Shown here: in pieces, positions 34,725 through 45,989 of the stretch
How the letters are laid out: each line of letters starts with the position of its first letter
How positions within the stretch are numbered: the first letter of the stretch is position 1
NCBI GenBank assembly: GCA_013239625.1
Contig: MU055744.1
Location: 1,084,355 to 1,148,354 of the forward strand
Source: Lama guanicoe
Lineage: Eukaryota
DNA length: 64,000 bases
Direction of reading: 5' to 3'
The notes under the pieces: model-generated
Told to the model about the DNA's origin: nothing
Database searches by the model: none
What the model saw: the letters and a program-made list of their open reading frames with translations, nothing else
Position numbers and translations under genes: made by a program

Positions 34725-37700
34725 TCTGCGGGCTGCAGGCCGCGCGTGGAGCCCGCAGGGACCTGGGCCCATGATCAGCCGAGGCTCCGAGAGGCCAGAA
34801 ATAGCAGGGGCGGGGGCGGGGAGGGGCAAGGGCGGGTCATCGGGTCGGGTCCGGGATGCTCAGGAGCAGAGTGAGCCGGGCCAGGCTGGGCCCGCAGCAT
34901 CCAGGCCTCCCCCCGCCTCTATGCCTGCCCTCGTCCCTGGTGGGACCTCCTCAGTCATGCCTGCCTGCGGGGCTGAGCCCTCACTGTCCACAGAAGGTCC
35001 AGGTCGGGGCCCAGGCACGTGACCCCAAAGGTTACACACCCCCAGCCGTGACCCCACCCTGTGCTTGCTTCTCCCCTCACTGGTGAATGGGAGAACACCC
35101 CATACCACATGGCTCTGGGGGGCCCGAGCTGGCACACAGCCGCCCCTGGGAGTGGACACTGCTGCCCGCGCCGTCCCGGTGCAGGGACATGCCGGGAGTG
35201 GGGCCAAGGCCGTAGCAGTGACCCCCGCCCTCCTCACCTAGGGAAGCCCTGGGGAGATGCCTTGTGCTCAGTCACCCGCCGGGCATCCCCCAGGGCTCTC
35301 CAAGCCTGGGCCCCAGACATTCAGCGTGCACATCTAGAACTGCACCCCCAAATTCCCAACACCCCCTTCTCACCCCCTCCCGCATCTGGGACCAGCGGGG
35401 CTGACTGAGAGGATGGATCTGGAGGCTATGAGGAAAGGGCTCTGGGGTGGCCACATCTCCAAGGAGACCCATGGGCAGAGCATCCTCCAGCCTCCTTAAG
35501 AGCAGCACCCTGGGGCCCCAGACAAGGCGGATGGGCAGGACAGGGCTGTTAGACACCAAGAGAAGCATCAGGTGGAGAGTCCACTCTTCCCAGTGCAGGC
35601 CAGCCCCACATCCCACCTACACAACCTCAGTGCCTCCCTGGGCCACCTCCTCCATGCTGCCCTTCTTTGCCCTGTGGAATCAGAGCTTGCTGCCTGGCCC
35701 CTGCCCTCCCCTGTTGCCTCTGCTGCCCCCTAGACTCCATCCCTGGGTCTTTCTGTGCATCCCTCCTTCCTTCCAATCCTGAAGGGTGCTGCTCCCTCCT
35801 GCCCCACGGCCTTTGCACAGACTGTGTCTTCTTCCCAGAGCCCTCCCTCTCCCCACTTCCTGGGCAGACTCTGACGCTGACTCCAGCCTTGTCCTTTTCT
35901 GCCCATCCCAGGATGAGTCCCCTTGGCCCCTGGAACTCTCACGAACCTAATCCACTCCCCTCCACACCCCAGGCCTGAAGGTCCAAGAGGGTAGGACCAT
36001 GTGCCACTTGGCGATGTGTTCTTGCCGCGGCTGGCGCAGGGCAAGACGCAAGTAGAGCTTCAACAAGCACAGGTCCCCTGAACGAAGGGCGTTTACAGTC
36101 ACTGCTGGGCGAGGCCTTCCCTGTGTCTCCCCAAGAGCCCTGCAAGGTGCGCATGATTCCTCTCCATTCAGTTGAGAAGAGGGTGCTGAGACGGGAAGGT
36201 CTCACCCCAGGGCCTGAGGCTTCTACGGAGTGGGGCCTGGAGTCTGGGGCAACACTTCAGGAGGTCCCAGCAGGAAGCCCATCCTCACCCGCCTGCCCCG
36301 CCTGCCCGGGGGATGGACCAGGCAGGCAGGAGAGCCCAGCCCACCCTCACACTTCCCAGAGCTCCTGTCCTGCCTCCTCCTTCTCCGCAGGGCAGCACCT
36401 TTCAAAACGCACGTCTGAGGAGCCCAGGGTCCGTGGGGGTTGTTGGCGCGGCTCTGTGGGGACAGGAGTTTGAGAGGTGCTGGGGGACCAAGGGGGAGCA
36501 GAATTCCTTCATACGGGACTTCTCAGAGCCTTTAAGCCGCCCTGCATGCTGGCCCTCTGGGAGAACTGTAAGCAGAACTTCTCAAAGTATTTGGCCTTGG
36601 GTGGCACAGGACCCCCGTGGTGGGGGAGGGTGGCTCTTGGCAGGTCTCGGGTCCCTAACAGAGAGCAGGGGCTAGCCTGGGCTTCACAGTTCCCCAGAGC
36701 CGCCTTCAAATCCCCTCTGTTTCCTTCTGGCTAGGGGTCCTCTCTGAACCTCAGCTTTCTCCTCTGTCACGTGGAGGTCCCAGGAGCAGAGACACTACAT
36801 GTGGCACCTGGTTCCGGCCTGCACGCCGGGGGTGGGCGGCTTTGGTTGGCAGACTGGGAGAGGGGCAGCGAGCTTCCCGCCTCCTCCAGCGTAAGCCATG
36901 CTCAGCCTGGCAGCATTTTTTAAACTAAATTCTTTCCAGTCTCATTTTGTATGGATTTGTAAAAGTTTCATCATTTTCAGTACCCTCCACACCACCCAAG
37001 CCTTGCCAAACTGGGCCCACTGGGCCCAAGAACCAGCAGGGCTCGTTCCCTCCCAGGCCCCCGGGGCTCTGTGACCCCAGCACATGTCGGGGACTGAACG
37101 GGGCCTGGAGAATCACGGGTGGTTATCCACACCGGCCTCTCTGGGTCTTTTTAACGGGGATGGGAGCGCTTGGTTCTTCCTCCAGCAGGAGCGTTTCCAG
37201 GTTCCAATGGGAGGGACCAGAGCCCACGCCCCAGGGGGCTACAGCCCCACAGCCCTGTGGGAAGAGCCTGCATGCCCAGCCAGGGGCCGTAGGGGTTATG
37301 CCCGCGCCACAGCTGGACGTGGGCCGGCACAGCCTCCTGCTAGCCAAGTCCTCCCGGCAACGACTTCGTTAAACATGAGTCTCCCCTCCCGGAACCCGAG
37401 GGCCCGGCCCTGGGAGAGCAGCATACGGGTGCAGGGGACACAAAACGCACAAATGCCACTTTCGCCCCCATCACGCCCTCCTCATCCGTCCAGCCACCAG
37501 GATTCCTGGGAGGTGCAGACACCACCCCCTCGTCTGTCCCACACACGACTGAATGAGAAGAGAAATAAAGCCGGACCCCTTGGTCAGGCCCTGTAAGCAG
37601 CACTGGGCAGTGGGGCAGCCTGGGAAAGTTCTGGAGCGGCTGCGAGCTGGCTCCTGCAGGGCAGATGACCTGTGTCTGGGCCCAGCAGGGTCCCCCGACG

Positions 37701-39047
37701 CCTGAGGCTCCCCCCCTCGGGGCCTCAGGACACTTGCTGGGAGCTGGTCCCGGGATATTTATATCCGAGAGGAAGGGCAGCCCCTGTGCTTGGTCCACGA
37801 ACAGCTTCCTGTCCATCGGGGCCACGGGGGCCAGGGCAGAGCCAGAGCGCCCAGGAGGCCGCCGGTCACGCAAGAAGAGCCTCGGCCAAACGCCGACCCT
37901 GGGAACGCTCGTTCCCCTCCGCCTTCCGCACGTCCGGGGTCAGCGGTCACTTTATTAATAGCATCCCCTGAGGACATCACCCTCCCTGCAGGCTTGGCCA
38001 AGCAACCTGGGGGCATCCCTCAGAGGGATGGCCGAGGGACATGGCCACGCTGCTCGGAGGCTCCACAAACACTGCAGAGGGAAAAAAGCAGGTTTCAAAG
38101 ACCCCACCTTCCCCTCCTGCCATCGGCTCCAAGACACAGCGTCAACTTCGTAACAGCACTTGGGGGTAGAAAAGAAACCACAGTAACTCCGTGCTTCGGC
38201 AGAGCCACATGCCCCACCCTCAGGGCCGCCAGGACGCGGGGCAGGGTCTGTGTGCCACAGTGAATATCCTGTGTGAAACCGTCCGGGCCCACTGACGTGC
38301 AGAAAGATCTGGAGAGTCAGTCGCCCTGCCTGGGCCTCCCCCGCCTCCCTGCACACAGGCCTCTAGACAGAGCCCTCCACTGCCAGGAAAGTCTGTGAGA
38401 GGCTTTGAAATCAGGGAGGAAAAACGACTGCTCGCCCAGCCCCGGGCACGCCCAAGGCCATCTCAGGGCCGTTGCACCACTCGGTAACTTGCAGGAAACA
38501 GGAAGCTGGTAATAATGCAGAAAGTGTCCGTCGGAACGACTGGTCAGCCCGAGCAGGCTATTCCGCACCCGTGTGTTCCGACGCACAGGCCCTGAGGAGG
38601 TGTCCCGGGCGTGATGAGCAAAACACACTTCTGAAAGAACTACCACCAGGAAAAGCGCACCTGGATGGAGACTTCGCACGTCGGGTGTGAGCCAGAAACC
38701 CCGAAAAGCTGACGCCTCCCCCCTCGGCCTACAGCACGTCCCCATGTCTCCCAGGGCCCAGGGGCCTGGGCTCCAGACCCTCTGCGCGCCGCAGCTGTGG
38801 GTACCACCCTCCGGCGTCCTGGAAACGCCCTGAGCCTCAGTTTCTCCACCGATCCCTCGGTCTGAGCCAAGCCCTGAGCATCAGTCCCATCCAGGGAGGA
38901 AAGTGAGGCCCAAGGGAGATGGCTGTCCCAGGGCAGAGAGCCAGACCCTGGGCTCCGCTCCGGGGCTGAGCTGAGGTTTAAAGAAGGGGAGGTGTCAGGC
39001 CCTTCCCCCAGGGCCTGGTGGCCTTGTCCCCCCTGAGAGGTACAAGG

Positions 39048-39063
39048 CCGCCCCCTGGTGGAC
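39048..39063 (-). promoter_or_regulatory. CTCF motif candidate (reverse)
   Basis: Minus strand reads GTCCACCAGGGGGCGG, close to consensus CCACCAGGGGGCGC. Confidence 0.55.
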
Positions 39064-40110
39064 TAGAGAGCCCACGTTTCCCACCCAGCAGAAGGATGGA
39101 CACCGACGCCTGGGGGTGCCCCTTCCCAGAGAGAGCAAAGCCCAGGCAATGGGCAGGAAGCCACCATCCAGGGGGTGACCCACCGGCCACCCCCAGGCCT
39201 GCAGGACAGGAGCCAGTGGACAGGGGCAAAACAGGCCGGGGCCTGCCCGATTCCAAAGGCCCTTGGTCTGTGTGGTGGCTGCTAGCAGCAGCCTTGAAGC
39301 TGACTTTCTGAGCGCCAGCAGTCACCCAAAAGGCTCGTGATGGCCCCAGGCCTGGGTGACCTTCGGTTCCAAAAGACAATGAGTCCTCAGGGCCGGCCAT
39401 CATTCCTGGGAGTGTCCTGCCCCCCAGCTGAGGACCTCCCAGGAACCTGGAAAGGCCTTGGGGGCTGATCAGTCAGCAGGCACAAGTCTGTAAGCTGGAG
39501 GTGAGCAGGGCAGGGGCCAGACCCCACCACGGCCACCCACCCCCACCACTCGCAGCCCACAGGCGCTGCCGGTAAGATGTGTCTCCAGACAAATTCCTGA
39601 GTCAAGATTCAGCTCTCAACCCCCAATCCCCTAACTCTGCAGGACGGGTCTGGGGGCGGGGGGAGCATTTCCACAGTGCCCCCACCCCGGCTCTGCCCTT
39701 CTTTGTAGGTGCCAGGAGCTCCGAGCTGTGAACGCCAACAGAGCTGGGCCATCACACAGATGGGTTTCTGGGAAAGGTAAATGGCCACGTCTGGGGGCCC
39801 CAGCTGGCCTGAGACTTCTTCCAGCAGCCCGAATCCTGACTCTTGACATTTCTCCATCAGATCCAGTGCAGGCGTCACCAGCGTCTGGACAGTTCAAGCT
39901 CTCCAAAGCCGCCTGGGCCTGAAGATAAGACTATTGTAATCAGGACAGAAGCAGGACTACTCTGCTCTGAATAATCTGGATCGCTGCCTGAAGTCGTCCA
40001 CTCAGTGCACGCTGGCTGAGCGCTTCCTGGGGCCAAAAGTGGTCTGATGGACCAGAACCCGGCTGGGTTTTCAGTCAACCATCCAAGCTCTGTGTCGGCA
40101 AATCCAGTGG

Positions 40111-40128
40111 CGGCCACCAGGGGGTGCC
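40111..40128 (+). promoter_or_regulatory. CTCF motif candidate (forward)
   Basis: CGGCCACCAGGGGGTGCC. Confidence 0.5.
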
Positions 40129-40959
40129 CCAGTCTGGGCGCTGGCCGGTCCAGATTGGCCTCGGATGAGCTAAGACCCTTCTCCCTCTTCCCCCTCTGCT
40201 TTCCTCCCTCCTCCCTCCGGCACAGACCCGCATCCCACCCGCCCACTAGCCAAGATGGATGACTAAACAACTCGCCCCCCAGGCCTCATTTTCACAAGCT
40301 CCATCCCTACCCTCGCCACCCAAGCAGGCTTTTCTTTTCTTAAAAGGGGGGAGGGAAGGACATTGCAATTTTTCTTAATATATAATTTCCTAGGCAAGTT
40401 CCTTTCCTTTTTTCCATAGGGAACCTCAAGGGATGAGTGGTCCCTGGAGCACCGTTTGGGAGGTGCTGCTTCCTGCACAAGCGACAGGAGGCTTCCACCT
40501 CCCCTGTTAATGCGGATGCCAAATTTAGCAACTGAAAATCCAGGACAATTTCAAAGAAACAACGAATACATTTAGTAGAAGCATGTCCCATGAAATATTT
40601 GAGACACGCGGACACTTTTTAGTGCTCATCATTCATCTGAGAATTGCAGTCTAATGGGGCGTCCAGTATCTAACCTGGCAGTTCCCTGGGGAGACTTGCA
40701 AGGCAAAGGCTCCCACAGGCCCGGGCTTCCACTGTCCAGGTCTGGGTCCTCAGGCAACAACAGCCCAGGCAACAACAGGCAGGTTTGATCCTTCTTCCCC
40801 CCTGGTCTCCCAACCCTGAGAAGACCCTCTGGGCCACCTTCCCCCAGAGGCAGCCTCCGCCTTGTTCTGCAAATCCTCCCCACACTGGCGTCATTATCGC
40901 TAAGTCCCCTGGAAGACGTGGCATCCCCAGGCACCCAGAGCAAACACAGGCTGTCAAGA

Positions 40960-41075
40960 TGGAGCGTGAGTGCAGATTCCTAGGCCTGACTCTGGCCCCC
41001 AGGTGCAGGCTCTGCCAGGAATCAGCATTTTAACACTAGGCAGTTTGGAGTCACCCCAAAGCTTGAAGGGCCTGG
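40960..41075. mobile_element. MER5A-like hAT MITE
   Basis: GTGCAGATTCCTAGGCCT...CCAGGAATCAGCATTTTAACA...AAAGCTTGA. Confidence 0.55.
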
Positions 41076-42795
41076 TCTGAGGCCCCTGAGGAACCAGCTG
41101 CCCCTCTGTTCCAAGCCCATGAGGACCAGAAGCCTGCAGACTCACAGGAAGGGCGAGGCCCCACATGGCCCGGCAGTGGGCAGGAGACACCCCGTTGCCA
41201 CTTTGGACAGAGCCCCCCCATTTGCCGAGACCCAAGGGTCCCAGGCAGGGTGGTTGTGCACAGAAACCCTGGCTGTAGAAGAGAGTCTGGCACAAGCTGA
41301 CCCCGCTAACCTCCGCTTCACAGCCTGGCTCAACCCCTCTGTCGTCCCATCGGAGGTGTGAGCTCCACGCTACCCAACCACTTCGGCCTGTGTCTTAAGC
41401 TTTCACGTGTGGGTGCCGACGGCGCCTTCCTCATGGGGGTGCGGAGTGAAATGGGAGGACCACAGTGCGGGGCTGCCGGGGCCCTGGCTCACAGCAGGTG
41501 CTGAGAAAGAACAACAGCGCCCATCGGGGATAACTCCCCTGGAGGCACCCAGACCAGGCAGGGAGTGAAGGCAGGATCCGGAGGAGCAGAGTGCTGAGGA
41601 ACGGAGGAATTCCTCGGAACAACCGGACTCGCAAATGTGGCCCAGGTTTGGAGATGCGGCCCAGGGCCCTGCAGGTGACAGAGGGCAGCGTGCCAGGCAG
41701 GAAGGAAAACACTCGGCGGGGGAAGTTGGCCCACCCGGGCTGGGGAAGGTCACCGAGCACGGCCTGCAGCAGCTTGTCCCAGTGAGGAGTCCCAGCCGCT
41801 GGGACCGCGCAGTGACCGAGACAGGGCCGACGCCCCTTGGAGCAGCCCGCTATCCTGACCGGCCCCAGGGGCACGCCCAGGCCTCGCGCTGCACCTGGGG
41901 AGTGCGGGCGCGGGGCACGAAAACGACTGGCCCGAACCGCGCACAGCCCCTCCCTGGTCACGCCCTCGGCCCTCCTCCCGCTCCGTGCGCACCTGGGAGC
42001 TCTCCGCCTGTAACTAACGGGCTGGCCCGAAGCGCCTCGAAAGAGGACTGGGTGCGGGACGCCGCTGGCCACCCCCTGTGCTGTCTGTGCGCGCGCACGC
42101 GCTGTGGACGCGCAAGCGTGCACGGACACTGCGGCCACGCGGGCGCGTCTGCACACACGCGCGCACACGCCTTTCTCGGCCCGCACGGCTTATGGAAGGG
42201 TCACGCCGGCCGCACGCCGCCCGCAGTCCCGAGTGGCGCCCGGGGACCACGCGCCCGCAGCCGTGGGGAGGCGCCGCGGCACCGCCTACACTGCGGGCAC
42301 GGTCAGCACAAACAGCATCGAATGAAACCTAAAAACTCTAAGGAAAGGGCGGACGCGAGAAGCAGAAGCCGGCACCGCGCAGACTTGGGCCCCGAAGCGG
42401 GGCGCGAACTGTAGCCCAGAGACCGCGCGGAGCTGGCTGCGAGCGTGCGCGGAAGTCGAGCGAAGAGGCTCGGGCACGCGCAGAACACGAGCGGCGCCTG
42501 CGCCACGCCAAGTGACGCGGCCTTGAAGGAGGGACGGCGCGGGGTGGGCTGGGCGCATGCGCAGACCGCGGCCGCAGCGCCCCCAGCTGCTCCTGCACCC
42601 ACAGTTCCAAGCGCAGAGCCGCGTCCGGAAGTCCGTGGAGCGGATCTTCCTTCCTCGTCCTCTGATTCGTACAGACCACTTCCATTTCCGCAGAAAGTTC
42701 CGAGACATTTCCTGACAGTCCGCGAGGCGTGTCGCTGTAGGAAGTGCGCGGCGGCGCTGTTTTGTTTCCGGGGGAATCTATTTTTCTGAGGGACG

Positions 42796-42849
42796 TTTGG
42801 GATTTCTGGGTATTCCTCGCAGCCTGTGATTGGCTGGTTTTATGAATAT
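42796..42849 (+). promoter_or_regulatory. Putative snRNA distal sequence element (SPH/ZNF143-like plus octamer-like)
   Basis: Reverse complement of 42796-42813 is ATACCCAGAAATCCCAAA (SPH-like, about -240); ATGAATAT at 42842-42849 (octamer variant, about -200); ATTGG at 42829-42833. Confidence 0.5.
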
Positions 42850-42974
42850 ATTAAAGCACAAAAATAAATTTTTCTTAATTCACGCTAAAAAAATAAGCTA
42901 TTTAGAGTAGGTATAGTGGCCGGTCCCCGCTGGATGCAGCCACTTCCCCTAGTGTATCTGAGGACCAGACCGAA

Positions 42975-43017
42975 GTCGACGTAAGCGAAAAGCGGTGCGC
43001 TTGCGGGCCCTTAAATA
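42975..43017 (+). promoter_or_regulatory. Type-3 RNA Pol III core promoter: PSE plus TATA
   Basis: GTCGACGTAAGCGAAAAG (compare U6 PSE CTTACCGTAACTTGAAAGT), with TTAAATA starting 36 nt downstream; this is U6-type -66/-30 spacing. Confidence 0.75.
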
Positions 43018-43040
43018 GCGAGCGCGCNNNNNNNNNNNNN

Positions 43041-43165
43041 NNNNNNNNNNNNNNNNNNNNNNNNNNNNNNNNNNNNNNNNNNNNNNNNNNNNNNNNNNNN
43101 NNNNNNNNNNNNNNNNNNNNNNNNNNNNNNNNNNNNNNNNNNNNNNNNNNNNNNNNNNNNNNNNN
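43041..43165 (+). ncRNA. RNU6ATAC: U6atac minor-spliceosome snRNA gene (inferred; body lies entirely inside N gap 43028-43177)
   Basis: PSE at 42975-42992 and TATA at 43011-43017 place +1 near 43041. A ~125-nt U6atac fits the 150-nt gap. Human RNU6ATAC lies convergently a few kb downstream of WDR5. The sequence itself is not visible. Confidence 0.75.
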
Positions 43166-43879
43166 NNNNNNNNNNNNAGTGGGGCCGGGGTGTTTGGCTC
43201 GTGGTTGTGCAAACACACGGACGTGTGATACACGTGGGCGCTCCAATACGTCGGCGCGACACGGCCGGGTGCACAAGCACGGCTGTGGATAAACGCGTGC
43301 AACTCTCCCTTCGCTGAGCTGCTTGGCATTTTTCACGATACAAAGTGGATCGCAGCCTTCTTGCATCCGCGTCACCGCACCTGTGCCTTCACCTCCTCAT
43401 CCGCAGCCCCGGAGCGTGGGGCGCAGGGTCGGGGTGGGACAGCAGATGGCTTGCATCTCGCGTAGGTACGTCTGAGCCTGGGAGCGGGGCAGGTGCGGCC
43501 AGGTGGACCTGGCACAGTCAGACTAGGCCCGCAGGTGACTGTGGTCTGAGGCCTTCCTGGCTTCAGAGGTTTCCATTGGCATCTTTTCAGCATCACAGAG
43601 ATTCGAGGCCTCTTGAAAGCTTAAAGACTTTCGTTCAACACTCAGGGGACCAATAGTAACTGAATCGCCACCCTCCGTGGTGCCCTGGCCCGGGCACAGA
43701 GAGGACCCCTGCTCCCGGAGGTCAGGTCACATCCTGGACCATTCTAGAGCCTTAGCGGACAAGCCCGAAGGAGGTGACCTCTGTGGAGTGAGCAGGGCAG
43801 GCGCAGGGTGGTGGTGGGGGGGTCCTCACACGGGGGGGGGGATCAGGGAAAGCAAGGTCTAAGATGCCCTGAGTCAAGA

Positions 43880-43990
43880 CTGGAGGGAGGGAGCAGCCAT
43901 GGGGCCCTCTGGGAGAATGTTCCAGATGGAGAAAGGCACGTGCAAAGGCTCTGTGGCTGGAGGAGTGGGGAGGGGCTAGGCCAGGGCACA
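43880..43990 (-). mobile_element. L2 fragment
   Basis: GGAGCAGCCATGGGGCCCTCTGGGAGAATGTTCCAGATGGAGAAAGGCACGTGCAAAGGCTCTGTGG. Confidence 0.55.
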
Positions 43991-45479
43991 AGGGCTACTG
44001 GCCAGGGCCCCATGGGCTCTAACAGCATCCCTCTGGTAGCCACGCCAAGAGCAGTCAGAGGGCAAGCCTGGAGCCGGTGGGAGAAAGGCCTGGGGCTGGT
44101 CCAGGGGCTGAGAAGTGGTCATTCTGGAGATGTTCAAGGCCAGCGAAACTTGCCAACACAGCGACGGGAGTGTCCGGTCCCTCTGAGGGAGGCTGATTGC
44201 AGGAGCAGGTCTGGGCGTCAGGTCTAACACTGAGACTTGCAGCACATCGGCCACTTTAAAGCCATGAGGCTGGTAGGGCCACGTAGGAGGGAATGGACAG
44301 AGATCCAAGTGAGGCCTGAGGCCTGAGCCCGGTGTTTGGGAGCAGGGGGACTGAAACAGCACGCGGGCCCCTGTCCTCTGGCTGCCCGGTGACCCCGCAC
44401 TTCCCGAAGGCCTCACTGGAACCCTCTCTCCTTCCTTGTGTCCCAACCTTTTGATGGAGTAGTCTGACTAACTGTCACTGTCCAGACAAAATGTGTGCCC
44501 TTGAAACAGGCACAGCTAGAAGGGCCAGCTGCCCAGGGCAGGCGCTGTGCTGGCCCTACCACCTTGGTGTCTCAGAGCCGTTTTACCAGCTGCACTGCAG
44601 GCTATCAGATTCTTCTCCACAGAAACCCCGAACTGCCCAGTGGCACGTGACTGATGAGTGCCCTGTGGATTTTTTTGTGCCAGTTTTAAATCCATTTGCA
44701 AACTCATTCCAGGGGTCCTGTGTGCCTGCGTGAGTGTGGGACTTGAGCTCTCCTTTGAACTGGTCCTGACACCTTACAGGTTTCCCAAGTAAAGCCGCTG
44801 GCAAGTGTGCATTTTATCTGTGCGAGTCACAACCGTCTCGCACTGTTGCTGCTCGCACCGCCCCGCTCCTGCCCCCTGCCCACCCCAAGTCCAACCTGGT
44901 GCCAGGCCCAGGGTCTCCCGGGAGGGGCCAGCGGTGCCCAGGAGGCAGATGCATCGCAGCCCCACGGCCAAGCATCCTGCTTCAAGTGCTCTCCTCACAG
45001 GCTCCAGAACAGGCCGCGCCAGGAGAGAGCACATGCCTGTGTTCCATGGATGCCCTTAAAGTTCCATGGACTTAAGTCCCCAGAAAGGCAGCCCACAGGG
45101 TTCAGAGAGCGTTCCCCCCTCCCTGTCCAGCGCAAACTGCTGTAAGTTTTAAATGAAGTGCTCATTTAAGGACCCAGAAAAAATGTCAAGTTAAATAGAA
45201 GCAACCCAACCGACGATTTAAAATCCAACAGTCCACCCATAGGGACACTGAACCGAGACAGGACGGCGGTCAGCAGCCCCCAGAGGTGCAAGAGGCAAAC
45301 CCGGACGGGGGCCTAAGGGACAAGAGACCGGTCTCCACGGAGACACCAAGGGAGAAACAGGGGGACCCTGGAGATCAACCCAGTGCAGGCAGGGGCTTTG
45401 CTGGGGTCCCGGTTCACACCAGCGCCGCGTGTGCGTGCGTGGAACAGACACATCAGATGCGAAGACAACTGCAGAAACC

Positions 45480-45727
45480 TGGACCTCAGGTATCTGGTTA
45501 CAGAACTGATATTTCAACTGTGAAGATGGTGCTGTGGTAATGCCGTGGGAGAATGTTAGAGACACACTGCATTCACGGCTTAAATTATAAAACATCTGGG
45601 ATTTACACTAAAATAACCAGGGAGGAACATCATTAAAAGGTTTTGAAGTTGGATGACAGGACCCAGGGATCTTCCCCACTTTTATACGTCAGAAACGTTC
45701 CATAATAAAAAGGTTTTGTTTTTAAAA
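45480..45727 (+). mobile_element. L1ME-type 3' end fragment
   Basis: CTGGGATTTACACTAAAATAA...CTTTTATACGTCAGAAACGTTCCATAATAAAAAGG. Confidence 0.55.
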
Positions 45728-45989
45728 TACCAGATCATCCCCAGAACGTTAGTGGTAGGAGGAAACAGGGTGATTTATTGTCTCCGCCTATTTTTTCACA
45801 CTGTTGATAATGAGCACAATGTGTAATTTTCATAGTAAGAAAAAGGTATTTTGACAAAACCAAGAACTTCCCACCAGAGCACGCGGGCCCACGGCACCGC
45901 CGAGCCCAAGCAGCCCGCCTGCGCCCGCCCACCGCCCCTGCGGTAACCGCCGCGTGCTGAGGAAGACGAACAGTTCTTACCAGACACAA

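Larger units (their letters stand above)
41750..43520. promoter_or_regulatory. CpG island with Pol II-type motifs (NRF1, ETS/GABP, ZNF143-like)
   Basis: Dense CpG; GCGCATGCGCA 42553-42563; CCGGAAGT 42625-42632; GCGGAAGT 42449-42456; GAACTGTAGCCCAGAGACC ~42406-42424. Confidence 0.75.
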
